Below the pieces are notes generated by a model that saw nothing but the letters and a program-made list of their open reading frames with translations, did not search any database and was not told the DNA's origin. This document shows, in pieces, positions 8,518 to 19,580 of a stretch of DNA of 64,000 nucleotides (the stretch's first letter is position 1; every line of letters begins with the position of its first letter). The position numbers and the translations under genes were made by a program. Origin of the DNA: Candidatus Binatia bacterium (GTDB taxonomy: Bacteria > Desulfobacterota > Binatia > HRBIN30); the NCBI GenBank assembly GCA_038245295.1, contig JBBRSP010000012.1, forward strand, positions 32,001-96,000. The letters are read 5' to 3'.

Positions 8518-8723
8518 GTAGGCGCAAGCTTCAGCTTGCGGCACGTAACGTCCCATCCAACGCGCAGGCTGAAGAGGCTGTCTCAAAACATAGGCTCACC
8601 CTTCGACGGGCTCAGGGCGAGCGGACAAAATGTCTTTGAAAATCAACCAAGCACCCGCTCAGGCTGAGCCTGTCGAAGCTGGCTCCGCAAGGTTTTGAGA
8701 CAGCCTCTGAAGCCTGCGCCTAC
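8518..8723. repeat. GTAG-type REP-like inverted pair; the right copy is interrupted by a MITE
   Basis: gtaggcgcaagcttcagcttgcg (8518-8540) versus cgcaggctgaa|...|gcctgcgcctac (8563-8573 and 8712-8723). Confidence 0.75.
8574..8707. mobile_element. 134-bp MITE with perfect 16-bp terminal inverted repeats and TGAA target duplication
   Basis: GAGGCTGTCTCAAAAC (8574-8589) / GTTTTGAGACAGCCTC (8692-8707); TGAA at 8570-8573 and 8708-8711; inner inverted repeat 8601-8624/8655-8678. Confidence 0.8.
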
Positions 8724-8731
8724 CCGTTTCT

Positions 8732-9112
8732 TCACGGAGCGGCGCGACGCGCCTTCAGGATTCCAGGTATCTCGCGCAGCAACAGAACGAACAGGCCAGC
8801 ACTCAGCCACAGGTCGGCCAGACAGAACAGGGCGTGCGCCGGCGGAAAATTCAGTAGACCGTAGAGATCAAAGAACGTCTTCACGCCAAACAGCAAAATT
8901 GCTGTGACACAGGCGGCCAGGTTGTGGACCGGGTCGCGCGCCGCAAACAGCAGCCCTATCGCCACGACCAGGTGGAAGAGGCCGCCCTGTACCGTCAGCG
9001 CACGCGCCAGGACCGGGCCGTCGAAACCGAGCAGGAACGGCGCCGGCAGCAGCAGCAGGGCGAGTGCCCATACACACAAGATCGACGCCGCCACATTCAA
9101 ATACAGTCGCAC
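8732..9112 (-). CDS. Small multi-pass membrane hypothetical protein
   Basis: About 4 hydrophobic segments in 126 aa; GTG start after AAGGGA. Confidence 0.6.
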   Translation of the reverse strand: MRLYLNVAASILCVWALALLLLPAPFLLGFDGPVLARALTVQGGLFHLVVAIGLLFAARDPVHNLAACVTAILLFGVKTFFDLYGLLNFPPAHALFCLADLWLSAGLFVLLLREIPGILKARRAAP

Positions 9113-9232
9113 CCGGTATCCCTTCCACAGTCTCGATGTGTTCCCTTACGGGATCGACCTTGGCGGTTGCAAGCATCACGAGGACCCATCGAGCGTCTTT
9201 CCTGCGCACATTTGAATTGCTATCCTGAGCAC

Positions 9233-10045
9233 GTGGCCGAAAACTCGTCGAGTTCACCGCGACTCAGTTTCATCGTTCCCAGTGCCGCTGCCCTCTTGGT
9301 GGTCATTGGGCTCGCCCTTTACTTGCGCTCCGAACCGGCAGCACCGCCAGACACAACCGACGCTGCTTCGGCAAGCGCCCCCAGCACCGACTCCAAACGC
9401 TCGAGCCGGGTTGAGGAACGCCTGAAACGCCTACGTGAGGCCCATGCCGGCGGACAAAAAGCCAACCACGACGACATGGCCGGTACGAACGGCGCCCTAA
9501 TAGAGGCCTTGCCGGGTAAGCCGAGCGGCGCCGCGCCAAAACCAGCCAACCTAAGCGCCGCACACAACGCCGGAGCCACGGGCGACCCAGCCCCGATTCT
9601 CGAAGATGGCGACGACCCCGATGACATCCCGTCCTTGCGCCGAATGGCAATCGAGGACGGTGACGCCGAACGTCGCCTCGCCGCCGTCACCCTGCTCGGC
9701 GCGTCGGACGACCCCGCGGCGATCCCCATTCTCGCCCAGGCGCTGCAAGACAAGGACGAAGAGGTGCGCTTGGCGGCAATTCAATCGCTCGCCGACGTTA
9801 CCGGCGAGGTTCCGGTGGAAGCCGTCGGCGGCGCAGCCCTGAACGATCCTTCCGCCGACAATCGCTATGAAGCTCTCGAAGTTCTCTCCGACGTCGGCAG
9901 TCCGGCGGCGCGTGCGTTCATTGAAAAGGCCGCCAACGACCCGGACGAAGACGTATCCGATCTAGCACACAGCCTGCTCGATAGTGACGACACATACGAC
10001 GAGAACTCCGGCAAGGCACCGCCGGCTCCGGCGATGAAGAAGTAG
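9233..10045 (+). CDS. Membrane-anchored HEAT-repeat protein
   Basis: N-terminal TM segment, low-complexity linker, then RLAAVTLLG...AIPILAQALQDKDEEVRLAAIQSLA...DPDEDVS repeats; start uncertain. Confidence 0.75.
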   Translation: MAENSSSSPRLSFIVPSAAALLVVIGLALYLRSEPAAPPDTTDAASASAPSTDSKRSSRVEERLKRLREAHAGGQKANHDDMAGTNGALIEALPGKPSGAAPKPANLSAAHNAGATGDPAPILEDGDDPDDIPSLRRMAIEDGDAERRLAAVTLLGASDDPAAIPILAQALQDKDEEVRLAAIQSLADVTGEVPVEAVGGAALNDPSADNRYEALEVLSDVGSPAARAFIEKAANDPDEDVSDLAHSLLDSDDTYDENSGKAPPAPAMKK

Positions 10046-10048
10046 GCG

Positions 10049-11260
10049 TCAACGCGCCAGCCAACTGGCGACCTGCTCGGGCGCCGGCGGCGTCATTGGC
10101 AACGGCAAGATTTTCGGGCTGGCGTCGATAACTTCGACCGAGCGCCGCTCTCCACGCTGTGCGGCCAGCAAGAAGGCGACGACGAATTCAATCCGATGGT
10201 GCCGCAGATGCCCAACCCACAGAGTCATCTCGCGTTCATGCGCCCGCCGGCCACCTTGCAACGCAAACAGCGATTGCGCCGCCGCGAGATCAATCGCCGT
10301 GCCGGTCTCCAGGCGAAACACCGCCGCGCGCCCGGGAAACGCGGCGAACCAACGTTGCGCGACGTCCTCCATCGACTCGCCCTGCCGCACACCAACATGG
10401 CCGACCGCGAAGAAGCGGCCGTCCCCGCGCAAATGACCCGGCACAGCCCGCAAGATGCGCCGCAGAACGACATCCCCCGTTGCTCCGCCCGAGTGATAGG
10501 ACGCTGCCGCCACGCCGGGCAAACGGCGATTACCCAAGGATCCATACGGCGAGGTGACGAAAGGCGGATTGGCGATGATCACGTCGAACTTCGCGGCCGC
10601 TACCGGCGCGAAGAGATCGCCACATTGGAAGGTCGCGCCGTCCAGTCCGTTGAGCGCGCCATTGAAGCGCGCAAATCTCACAGCACGCCCGTTGACGTCG
10701 ACGCCAACCGCCGACACCCCTGAGCCCAGGGTCGACAACGCCTGGATGCCAGAACCGGTGCACAGATCGAGTACGCTTGCGGAATCGCCGCGCCGCACCG
10801 TATCGCGCAACCACAACGAGTCGGCACCCGGCGGATATACCGGGTCGCCGCCACCGGCGCGCAGAGCCCCGCGCCACATCTTGCCGAAACGACAATCGGC
10901 CGCGATCAACAGCTCGCCCACCGGATCGAGACGCAGCAACGGCCGCACCTCACCGTCACGCTCGGCGACCAGCGCGGCGGCGCAAAGCTGCTCGATCTCC
11001 GACCGCGAAAAGAGTGCTAGCAAGGCGCGCCGCGTTACCTTTTGTTCGAGAAACCACAGGCCCAGCACGGTGGCCAACGGCGAACGTTGCGCCGCCAGGC
11101 GGGCCAACACCGCCGGGAAATTCACCAGACTGATCTCGTCGGCCATCGAGACGCCGAGAGGCTCGCGCAGGCCCGCCGGCCCATAACCAATCTCACTCAA
11201 CCTCTGCCGCAGCCAACTCCACTCCGCTTGCGTATCCATTGTCGCTGCCCTCATACCCAT
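10049..11260 (-). CDS. Class I SAM-dependent methyltransferase (HemK/MTS-like)
   Basis: VLDLCTGSGIQAL and FDVIIANPPF motifs. Confidence 0.85.
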   Translation of the reverse strand: MGMRAATMDTQAEWSWLRQRLSEIGYGPAGLREPLGVSMADEISLVNFPAVLARLAAQRSPLATVLGLWFLEQKVTRRALLALFSRSEIEQLCAAALVAERDGEVRPLLRLDPVGELLIAADCRFGKMWRGALRAGGGDPVYPPGADSLWLRDTVRRGDSASVLDLCTGSGIQALSTLGSGVSAVGVDVNGRAVRFARFNGALNGLDGATFQCGDLFAPVAAAKFDVIIANPPFVTSPYGSLGNRRLPGVAAASYHSGGATGDVVLRRILRAVPGHLRGDGRFFAVGHVGVRQGESMEDVAQRWFAAFPGRAAVFRLETGTAIDLAAAQSLFALQGGRRAHEREMTLWVGHLRHHRIEFVVAFLLAAQRGERRSVEVIDASPKILPLPMTPPAPEQVASWLAR

Positions 11261-11351
11261 GTGGAGCGCGCCAATCCACGCTCGTCGCGGGCATTTGCTT
11301 GACTCCCCCGACCCTGGTCGTTAAGCCAGCCGCGACTTGACCGGACCTAAC

Positions 11352-12872
11352 GTGGAATCTGACGCTTCTGATCTCGAAGCTGCCAGGCGGCGAAAACTCG
11401 AAGAGTTGCGCCAACGCGGCACAAATCCCTTTCCCAACAGCTTTCGCCCAACTCACACGGCGCAGTGGGTACACGACACATACGGCCCGCTGCCGAAGGA
11501 AGAGCTGGAGGCGGTTCAGGATACGGTTGCCCTGGCGGGACGCATCATCGCCGTGCGTGACTTCGGCAAGGCGTCGTTCATTCAGCTTCAGGACCGTAGT
11601 GGCAAGGTCCAGGCCTACATTAAGAAGGATCTGGTCGGCGAAGAGTCGTTTACGGTCTTCAAGCTGTTCGACCTTGGCGACTTCGTCGGCCTACGCGGCC
11701 GGCCATTTCGCACCAAGACGAACGAGCTGACGATCGAAGCCTCGGAAATCGAGTTGGTCGCCAAGTCGCTGCGGCCGTTGCCGGAGAAGTGGCACGGCTT
11801 GACCGACATCGAAGCGCGTTATCGACAGCGTTACCTCGACCTGATCAGCAACCCCGACTCGCGCAACGTCTTCCTCATCCGCTCGAAGATCGTCGATGCG
11901 ATCCGCCGCTTCCTCACGGCGCGCGACTTCATCGAAGTCGAGACGCCGATGATGCACCCGATTCCCGGCGGCGCCACGGCACGGCCGTTCATCACGCATC
12001 ACAACACACTCGACATGGACCTCTACCTACGCATCGCCCCCGAGCTCTATCTCAAGCGACTGCTGGTCGGCGGCTTCGAGCGTGTCTTCGAAATCAATCG
12101 CAACTTTCGCAACGAGGGGATCTCGGTGCGCCACAATCCCGAGTTCACCATGCTCGAGTTCTATTGGGCCTACCGCACCTTCGAAGACTTGATGGCGACG
12201 ACCGAAGAGCTGTTCATGGCGCTCGCCGACGAAGTCATCGGCAGCCGCACCCTGCCCTACGGCGAACACATGGTCAGCCTGGAAGCTCCCTGGCAACGCC
12301 TGTCGATCCCGCGCTTCGTTTCCGAACGCGCCGGCGTGTCGCTCGATGCGATCATGGCGCTCGACTACCCGACCATCGAAGAAGCGGCGCGCAAGCTGCA
12401 CTTCCGAGTCGAAAAGGATTACGCCAAGCACCATGGGGCCGACGCGGCCGGCGTGCTGCTCACCGAAGCGTTCGAACATGCCGCCGAGCCGGAGCTGATC
12501 CAGCCAACCTTTGTCTACGAATACCCGGCCGCCGTGTCGCCGCTGGCGCGACGCAACGCCGACAACCCACTGTTCGTCGATCGCTTTGAAGCCTTCATCG
12601 TGGCGCGCGAGATCTGCAACGCCTTCTCCGAACTGAACGACCCCGACGACCAACGTGCGCGCTTTGAAGCCCAGAGTGTCGCCAAGGCCGCCGGCGATCT
12701 CGAAGCCCACGGTATGGACGAAGATTACCTGCGCGCCCTCGAGCACGGCATGCCGCCGGCCGCCGGCGAGGGCATCGGGATCGATCGATTGGTCATGTTG
12801 TTCGCCAATGCGCCGTCGATCCGCGACGTCATCCTGTTTCCCCAGATGCGCCGGATAGACGCTGGTCGGTAG
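11352..12872 (+). CDS. lysS: Lysine--tRNA ligase (class II)
   Basis: LPEKWHGL, RYRQRYLDL, LYLRIAPELYLKRL, FRNEG, HNPEF, GEGIGIDRL. Confidence 0.98.
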   Translation: MESDASDLEAARRRKLEELRQRGTNPFPNSFRPTHTAQWVHDTYGPLPKEELEAVQDTVALAGRIIAVRDFGKASFIQLQDRSGKVQAYIKKDLVGEESFTVFKLFDLGDFVGLRGRPFRTKTNELTIEASEIELVAKSLRPLPEKWHGLTDIEARYRQRYLDLISNPDSRNVFLIRSKIVDAIRRFLTARDFIEVETPMMHPIPGGATARPFITHHNTLDMDLYLRIAPELYLKRLLVGGFERVFEINRNFRNEGISVRHNPEFTMLEFYWAYRTFEDLMATTEELFMALADEVIGSRTLPYGEHMVSLEAPWQRLSIPRFVSERAGVSLDAIMALDYPTIEEAARKLHFRVEKDYAKHHGADAAGVLLTEAFEHAAEPELIQPTFVYEYPAAVSPLARRNADNPLFVDRFEAFIVAREICNAFSELNDPDDQRARFEAQSVAKAAGDLEAHGMDEDYLRALEHGMPPAAGEGIGIDRLVMLFANAPSIRDVILFPQMRRIDAGR

Positions 12873-12885
12873 ACCCGTCTAAGCC

Positions 12886-14130
12886 ATGCGCTACGAGTGG
12901 ATGATCGCCCTGCGCTACCTGCGGGCGCGACGCAAGCAAGCCTTCATCTCCTGGATCACGCTGATTTCGACCATCGGTCTGGTGATCGGTGTGATGACCC
13001 TCAATATCGTCCTCGCGGTCTACACCGGCTTCGAGGAAGACCTGCGCGACCGCATCCTCGGCTTCAATCCGCACCTGGTCGTGCTCAGCTTCAGCGGCGG
13101 CATTCGTGAATCCGCCGAGGTCAGCCGGCGCATCGAAGCCATGCCCGATATCGAAGCCGCCGGTCCATTCATTTACGCCCAGGGCATGTTGTCGGCCGCC
13201 ACTCGCGTCACCGGTGTTGTCGTGCGCGCCGTCACCAGCCATTCCGAAAAAATCATCTCCTTCCACAAGTACCTCATCGACGGGTCGGCCGAGGCGCTGA
13301 TGCAACGCGACAACCTGGACGTCGCCGCCGATACCGAATCGCCGCCGGTCCTGATCGGTCGCGAAGTGGCCCGTAAGCTCGGGGTCAAGGTCGGTTCGAC
13401 GGTCACGGTGATCTCACCGGCGGCGCAGAGCACCGCCGTCGGCCTGGTGCCGCGGTCCGCGACGTTCGTCGTCAGCGGCATCTTCGATTCCGGCATGGCG
13501 GAGTACGACGCGTCGCTCATCTACATGGCGCTCGCCGACGCGCAGAAGTTTTTCGAGATGCACGACACGGTCACGGGCATCGAAGTGCGAACAACCGACA
13601 TGGAGCGTGCCCCGGAGATCGCCGCCGCCGTGGCGGCACGCATCGGCTTTCCCTACCGCGTGCGCAACTGGCGCGAGATCAATCACAATCTGTTCGCGGC
13701 GCTCGAGCTCGGCAAAACCGTCTACTTCATCGTCCTGCTGCTCATCGTTCTAGTGGCCGCCTTCAACATCGTCTCGACCTTGATCATGGTGGTCATGGAG
13801 AAGAAGAAGGATATCGCGGTTCTCAAGTCGATGGGCGCGACGCGTGCCAGCATTCGGCGTATCTTCATGTCGAAGGGTATGATCATCGGCAGCGTCGGCA
13901 CCGCCGCCGGCAGCGTGCTGGCTTTGATCATTTGCCTGGCCTTACAGCGCTACAAGTTCATCGAGTTGCCGCGCGATGTCTACGGCATCGACACGCTGCA
14001 GGTTCGCTTGCACCCCGAGTACTTTGTCGCCGTGGCGGTGGCGGCCCTGCTCATCTGCCTGCTGGCCACCATCTACCCGGCACGCCAGGCCGCCCGCCTC
14101 ACACCGGTCGATGTGATCCGTTATGAGTAG
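12886..14130 (+). CDS. Lipoprotein-releasing ABC transporter permease (LolC/LolE family)
   Basis: [11 protein letters not shown]...[23 protein letters not shown], upstream of lolD. Confidence 0.92.
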   Translation: MRYEWMIALRYLRARRKQAFISWITLISTIGLVIGVMTLNIVLAVYTGFEEDLRDRILGFNPHLVVLSFSGGIRESAEVSRRIEAMPDIEAAGPFIYAQGMLSAATRVTGVVVRAVTSHSEKIISFHKYLIDGSAEALMQRDNLDVAADTESPPVLIGREVARKLGVKVGSTVTVISPAAQSTAVGLVPRSATFVVSGIFDSGMAEYDASLIYMALADAQKFFEMHDTVTGIEVRTTDMERAPEIAAAVAARIGFPYRVRNWREINHNLFAALELGKTVYFIVLLLIVLVAAFNIVSTLIMVVMEKKKDIAVLKSMGATRASIRRIFMSKGMIIGSVGTAAGSVLALIICLALQRYKFIELPRDVYGIDTLQVRLHPEYFVAVAVAALLICLLATIYPARQAARLTPVDVIRYE

Positions 14131-15400
14131 CCTTACCGCCATGCCGTATGAGCTGCTGGTTGGGCTGCGTTACCTGCGGGCCCGGCGGCGCGAAAAGTTC
14201 ATTTCGCTGATCGCCGGCTTCTCGACCGTCGGCATCATCCTCGGCGTCATGACTCTCATCCTCGTCCTGGCCGTCATGACAGGCTTCGAGGACGACTTAC
14301 GAACGCGTATCCTCGGCTTCACGCCGCATATCGTCGTCCAGGGCGCCGATGCCGCCGCGGTAAAAGACCCGGCGGTCGTCATCGCCAAGATTCGCGCCAC
14401 CAAGGGTGTCGTCGCCGCCGCCGCCGTGGCAACCGGCCAGGTGATGTTGTCGTCGCAGGGCAATGTCACCGGCACGATGGTGCGCGGCATCGACGCCGAC
14501 TCCGCCGCGGTGCTGAATCTGGAGCAGTATCTGACCGAAGGGCGTCTCGACGACCTGGGCGAATTGCATGACGTACCGTTGGACGACGGGCGCGGCCCGA
14601 CCGTGCACATGCCCGGCATCGTCATCGGCAAAGACGTGTCGCGCCACCTCGGCCTGCTCATCGGTGATCCGGTCAGCGTCATCTCGCCGCTGTCGACACC
14701 GACGGCCATTGGGTTGGTGCCGCGCGTCAAGCGCTTCGTGGTCTCGGGAATTTTTGAATCACACATGGAAGAATACGACTCGGCCCTGGCCTACATCGAC
14801 ATCCAGCAGGCGCAGAAATTCTTCGACCTCGGCGAGCAGGTCAGTCAAATCGAAGTTCGCGTCCCCGATCTGGACGAAGCCGGAACAGTGGCGCAGACGC
14901 TGCGAGCCAGCCTGGGTAGCGACTACGAGGCGCGTGATTGGATGGAATCGAACCGCAGCCTGTTCTCGGCGTTGCGCCTGGAGAAGTTCGCCTACACCGT
15001 GGTGCTGCTGTTGATCGTCCTGGTCGCGGCATTCAACATCGTTGCCATGCTGATCATGGTGGTGATGGAGAAGCGGAAAGATATTGCCGTGCTGAAGTCG
15101 ATGGGCGCCACGGCCAACAGCGTGCGCTGGATCTTCCGCTACAACGGCATGATCATCGGCATCATCGGCACCGCCGTGGGCAATGTGCTCGGCGGCGTCG
15201 GCTGCCTGCTGCTGCGCCGTTACGAGTTCGTGCCATTGCCTCCCGACGTCTTCTTTGTGAACACCCTGCCCGTGAGCCCCCATCTAGGACATTTCGTCGG
15301 CGTGTCGCTCGCCGCCATCGCCATGTGCGCCGTCGCCACGATCTACCCGGCGCGCGAAGCGGCGCGTCTGACGCCGGTGGATGTGATCCGCAATGACTAA
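14123..15400 (+). CDS. Lipoprotein-releasing ABC transporter permease (LolC/LolE family), second paralog
   Basis: [44 protein letters not shown]. Confidence 0.92.
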   Translation: MSSLTAMPYELLVGLRYLRARRREKFISLIAGFSTVGIILGVMTLILVLAVMTGFEDDLRTRILGFTPHIVVQGADAAAVKDPAVVIAKIRATKGVVAAAAVATGQVMLSSQGNVTGTMVRGIDADSAAVLNLEQYLTEGRLDDLGELHDVPLDDGRGPTVHMPGIVIGKDVSRHLGLLIGDPVSVISPLSTPTAIGLVPRVKRFVVSGIFESHMEEYDSALAYIDIQQAQKFFDLGEQVSQIEVRVPDLDEAGTVAQTLRASLGSDYEARDWMESNRSLFSALRLEKFAYTVVLLLIVLVAAFNIVAMLIMVVMEKRKDIAVLKSMGATANSVRWIFRYNGMIIGIIGTAVGNVLGGVGCLLLRRYEFVPLPPDVFFVNTLPVSPHLGHFVGVSLAAIAMCAVATIYPAREAARLTPVDVIRND

Positions 15401-16070
15401 GCCCCTGGTACGCACCGAAGCCATTTCCAAAAGTTACGGCGACAACGGCCGTATCGAGGTGCTCGCCGATCTTACCGTCGACATCGAAGCGGGCGAGACC
15501 ATTGCCGTGATCGGACAGTCGGGCGTCGGCAAGAGCACCCTGCTGCACATCCTCGGCACGCTCGATACACCAAGCGCCGGCAAGGTGTGGTTCGACGGCG
15601 TCGACGTCTTCGCCCTCGACGAAAACCGTCAGGCGGCTCTGCGCAACAAGGAGATCGGCTTCGTCTTCCAATTCCATCACTTGCTGCCCGACTTCACCGC
15701 CCTCGAGAACGTCATGATGCCGGCACTGATCGCCGGCCAGACCAAGCGTGAGGCGGAAGCACCGGCACAGGCTCTACTCGAACGTGTTGGTCTGGCGTCG
15801 CGCGTCACACATCGCCCGGGCGAGTTGTCGGGCGGCGAACAGCAACGTGTTGCCATCGCCCGCGCCCTGGCGCTCCGCCCGCGCCTGATCCTCGCCGACG
15901 AGCCGAGCGGCAACCTCGACCCAGCCACCGCCGATTCGGTGCACGACCTGCTGGTCGAGCTCAATCGAGAACGCGGCGTGACCATGGTCATCGTCACCCA
16001 CAACGAAGCCCTCGCCGCCCGCATGCACCGCATCCTGCGGCTGCAGCAGGGCAAGCTGCAGCTGGTCTGA
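15393..16070 (+). CDS. lolD: Lipoprotein-releasing ABC transporter ATPase
   Basis: [36 protein letters not shown]. Confidence 0.93.
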   Translation: MTKPLVRTEAISKSYGDNGRIEVLADLTVDIEAGETIAVIGQSGVGKSTLLHILGTLDTPSAGKVWFDGVDVFALDENRQAALRNKEIGFVFQFHHLLPDFTALENVMMPALIAGQTKREAEAPAQALLERVGLASRVTHRPGELSGGEQQRVAIARALALRPRLILADEPSGNLDPATADSVHDLLVELNRERGVTMVIVTHNEALAARMHRILRLQQGKLQLV

Positions 16071-16133
16071 AGCTTTATCCAGCGTAATGCGCCGTTTACT
16101 CCCCAAAAAACCTCTGCTAGGGCGCGTAGCCTT

Positions 16134-18533
16134 GTGAAGTTTGGGCGCCAAAAGCGGGGGATAGCCGCGATGACAGGGCTGTTGCTCGCATTTGCCGGCA
16201 CGAGCATCGCCGCGCCACGCGCCGCACGTCCCGCCAAGAAGGTGGAAAGTCCCCGCCCCGCCACAAAGGCCGTCGCCGAAAGCGGCGACCGGATCACTCG
16301 GATTGTGATTCGCGGCAATCAACGGGTCGAGGAAGAATCGGTCCGCATTCAGCTACGCTCGCAAGTCGGCGGCCGCCTCGAAGAAAAGGTCGTCGACCAG
16401 GACCTGCGGGCCATCTACCGCATGGGCTTCTTCGACAACGTCGACGTCGACTGGGAGGCGACGAGCGCCGTGCTCACCTTCCAACTCACCGAGCGACCGT
16501 TCATCCGCGAGGTTCAGTTCGAAGGAAACGATAAGCTCGCCAAGGATGATCTCGACGCCGCCTTGAAGGTGCGCGCCAATACGATTCTCGACCCGCAGAA
16601 AGTCCGCCGCGGCATCGACGACGCGAAAAAAGAGTATTCCAAGAAGGGCTACCTCGACGCCGCGATCACCTACACCACCACACCAAGCGCCGGGAACAAT
16701 GAAGCGACCCTCATCTTCCATATCGATGAAGGCAAGATCATCCGCATCGATACGATCACCTTTGAAGGCGCGATCGCCTTCTCGGCCCGCAAGCTGCGCG
16801 GCCTCATGCAGACCAAAGAAGAGTCGATTTTCTCCTTCTTCACCGGCGCCGGCAATCTCGACCAGGAGGTCCTCAAGACCGACTCCGAGCGCCTGACGGC
16901 CTGGTACTACGAGAACGGCTACATCGATGCGAAGATCGACGAGCCGCAGGTTGAGCGCCGCGACGACAAGTTGTTCGTAACGATCAAGATCGACGAAGGT
17001 GATCAGTACAAAACCGGCGTCGTCGACGTCGGCGGAGACATGCCGGCTGATGTGGATGCCGCCAAGCAGAAGCTCGGCATGACCACCGGCGAGATCTTCA
17101 AGACGAGCAAGCTGCGCGAGGACATCACGGCGCTGACCGATGTTTACGGCGACGAGGGGTATGCCTTCGTCAACGTCACGCCAGACACGAACGTAAACCC
17201 GACCGAGAAGACGGTCGACGTCACCTACAAAGTCAGCAAGGGTCCCGAAGTCTTCATCGACAAGATCGACATCAGCGGCAACACCAAGACCCGCGACAAG
17301 GTGATCCGCCGCGAGCTCCGCCTTGATGAACAGAAGCGATTCTCGGGCACCGGGCTCAAGCGCAGTCAGGAACGCCTGCGGCGTCTCGGCTTCTTCGAGG
17401 ACGTCAACCTGACGACGCGCAAAGCGCAGGGCGACAACAAGCTCGATCTGCTGGTTGACGTGAAAGAGGCGTCCACCGGTGCGTTCTCGGCCGGCGCCGG
17501 CATTTCATCGGGTGAGAACTATCTGTTCAACGTCCGGCTGCAGGAATTGAACTTCCTCGGCCGCGCTGAGCGGATTGTTCTGAATGCCGACTTCGGATCG
17601 ATCCGCCGTAACTTCAGCGCCGACTTCTCCGATCCGTATTTCCTCGACACCAACTTCACTGCCGGCGTCAGCTTGTTCAACTGGCGGTTGCAGTTCAGCG
17701 AGTTCACGCGTGGCGGCACCGGCGCAGCATTCCGATTGCTGTATCCGATCAATGCGCTCGGTTTCCCGACAATCCTCGGGTTTTCGACCGAAGACACGCG
17801 TATCGGCGCGGAGTACCGCATCGAAGAAGCCGAGATCAGCCAGGTGTCCGCCTTCGCGCCCGCCGATATTCGTGCTGAGCAAGGAACGAAGCTGACCAGC
17901 TCGATTACGCCGCGACTGTTCCGCGACACCCGCAACAGCCTCTTCGATCCGAGCAACGGTTCACTCCAGGACATTTCCCTCGAAGTCGCCGGCCTCGGCG
18001 GCGACAGCCAGTTCATCAAGTTCGAAGCGCGCGGCCGCTGGTACCACCCGATCTGGCGTTATGAGCCCATCGGGACCTTCGTCTTGGCTTTCGGTGCTAA
18101 CTTCGGCTACGGCTTCGGCTACGGAGATTTCAAGGAATTGCCGCTCTTCGAGCGCTACTTCCCGGGCGGCATCAACTCGGTGCGTGGCTATCGCATTCTC
18201 ACACTTGGACAGCGCGTACCGGTCATTTCCCAAGACGGATTCCTAATCCGCCGCGAATCGATCGGCGGCAGTCAGCAACTCATCTTCAACAACGAAATCA
18301 TCTTCCCGATTGTCGAGTCGATCGGTCTCAAGGGTGTCGGCTTCTTCGACGCCGGCAACGCGTTCTTGGCGGCACGTGGCATTGAGCTCAATGGCATGCG
18401 CATGTCGGCCGGCGGTGGCATCCGCTGGCTGTCGCCGATCGGCCCGTTGCGCCTGGAGATGGGTGTACCGCTCAACCCGCGCGTCGGCGACGACAAGCAG
18501 ACGTTCATGTTCTCGTTCGGCGGACCACCATAA
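16134..18533 (+). CDS. bamA: Outer membrane protein assembly factor BamA
   Basis: POTRA repeats ([20 protein letters not shown]), VRGY motif, WLSPIGPLR. Confidence 0.97.
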   Translation: MKFGRQKRGIAAMTGLLLAFAGTSIAAPRAARPAKKVESPRPATKAVAESGDRITRIVIRGNQRVEEESVRIQLRSQVGGRLEEKVVDQDLRAIYRMGFFDNVDVDWEATSAVLTFQLTERPFIREVQFEGNDKLAKDDLDAALKVRANTILDPQKVRRGIDDAKKEYSKKGYLDAAITYTTTPSAGNNEATLIFHIDEGKIIRIDTITFEGAIAFSARKLRGLMQTKEESIFSFFTGAGNLDQEVLKTDSERLTAWYYENGYIDAKIDEPQVERRDDKLFVTIKIDEGDQYKTGVVDVGGDMPADVDAAKQKLGMTTGEIFKTSKLREDITALTDVYGDEGYAFVNVTPDTNVNPTEKTVDVTYKVSKGPEVFIDKIDISGNTKTRDKVIRRELRLDEQKRFSGTGLKRSQERLRRLGFFEDVNLTTRKAQGDNKLDLLVDVKEASTGAFSAGAGISSGENYLFNVRLQELNFLGRAERIVLNADFGSIRRNFSADFSDPYFLDTNFTAGVSLFNWRLQFSEFTRGGTGAAFRLLYPINALGFPTILGFSTEDTRIGAEYRIEEAEISQVSAFAPADIRAEQGTKLTSSITPRLFRDTRNSLFDPSNGSLQDISLEVAGLGGDSQFIKFEARGRWYHPIWRYEPIGTFVLAFGANFGYGFGYGDFKELPLFERYFPGGINSVRGYRILTLGQRVPVISQDGFLIRRESIGGSQQLIFNNEIIFPIVESIGLKGVGFFDAGNAFLAARGIELNGMRMSAGGGIRWLSPIGPLRLEMGVPLNPRVGDDKQTFMFSFGGPP

Positions 18534-18596
18534 AAGCGTTAGCGGCCCTCGCCGGCGCACACGCGCAGCGGCAAAGGCTGAATCAAGGAGGCAGAC

Positions 18597-19112
18597 ATGA
18601 AACTTCGTTGGGTAGTTGCTCTGAGTCTATTCGTTGCCGCTACGGCGTTCGCCGAAGGAACGACAAAGTTCGCGTTCGTCGATTTGCAGCGAGCGCTCAA
18701 TGAATCCGAGGCGGGCAAGAAGGCCAAGGAGCAGTTCAAGGCCGAGGTCGACAAGTTCGAGGGGCAGCTGAAGAAGAAGAAAGAAGCTGTCGAGGCGCTC
18801 AAGGAGCAGCTCGAAAAGAAGTCGTCTGTCATGAAGGACGACGAGCGCGCCAACCTCGAGGACGAGTACCGCAAGAAGATGCGTGACTTCGAGCTCGACT
18901 ACAAAGACTCGCAGGCCGGCCTGCAGCGTAAGGATAACGAGCTCACCGCCTCGATCCTCAAGGATCTGGCCCTGATCATCCGCGAGATGGGTGAGAAGGA
19001 AAGTTACACGATGATCTTCGAGGCTTCGAGCAACGCGGTGCTCTACGGTGCCAAGGAAATCGATCTTACCGAGCAGGTCTTGCAGGAGTACAACCGCCGC
19101 CACAAGAAGTAG
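18597..19112 (+). CDS. skp: Periplasmic chaperone Skp/OmpH
   Basis: Signal peptide, KFAFVDLQRAL, coiled coil, DLTEQVL; follows bamA. Confidence 0.92.
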   Translation: MKLRWVVALSLFVAATAFAEGTTKFAFVDLQRALNESEAGKKAKEQFKAEVDKFEGQLKKKKEAVEALKEQLEKKSSVMKDDERANLEDEYRKKMRDFELDYKDSQAGLQRKDNELTASILKDLALIIREMGEKESYTMIFEASSNAVLYGAKEIDLTEQVLQEYNRRHKK

Positions 19113-19130
19113 GCCGGTGGAGCCCGCGCT

Positions 19131-19580
19131 ATGAGCGTCTTCACTCTCAAGCAGATCACCCAACTCCTACCGCACCGCTATCCGTTTCTTTTCATCGACC
19201 GGGTGGAGGAGTTCGAGTCGGGACAGAAGATCGTCGCGCTGAAGAACGTCACCGTCAATGAGCCGTTCTTCCGCGGCCACTTTCCCGACTTGCCGATCAT
19301 GCCGGGGGTTCTCATCTGCGAGGCCCTGGCGCAGGCTGCGGCGATCATCCTGCATGACACCCTGCGCCAGGAAGCCGTCGAGCGTGTGGCCGTTCTCACC
19401 GGCATCGACAATGCCCGCTTTCGACGGCCGGTGATCCCCGGTGATCAGCTGCGTCTCGAGGTCAGCCTGTCGCGGCGACACGCCCCGCTGTGGAAGTTCC
19501 ACGGGCAAGCCAGTGTTGCGGGCCAGGCGGTGGCGGACGTCAATCTCTTGCTGACCGAAACGCCGTGGGTCGAACTATGA
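19131..19580 (+). CDS. fabZ: 3-hydroxyacyl-ACP dehydratase
   Basis: LPHRYPFLFIDR, KNVTVNEPFFRGHFP, MPGVLICEALAQ. Confidence 0.96.
   Translation: MSVFTLKQITQLLPHRYPFLFIDRVEEFESGQKIVALKNVTVNEPFFRGHFPDLPIMPGVLICEALAQAAAIILHDTLRQEAVERVAVLTGIDNARFRRPVIPGDQLRLEVSLSRRHAPLWKFHGQASVAGQAVADVNLLLTETPWVEL

Noticed and set aside
12886..15400. Tandem LolC/E paralogs as a novelty
   Set aside because: Heterodimeric LolC/LolE permeases are well known; only the gene order differs from E. coli.
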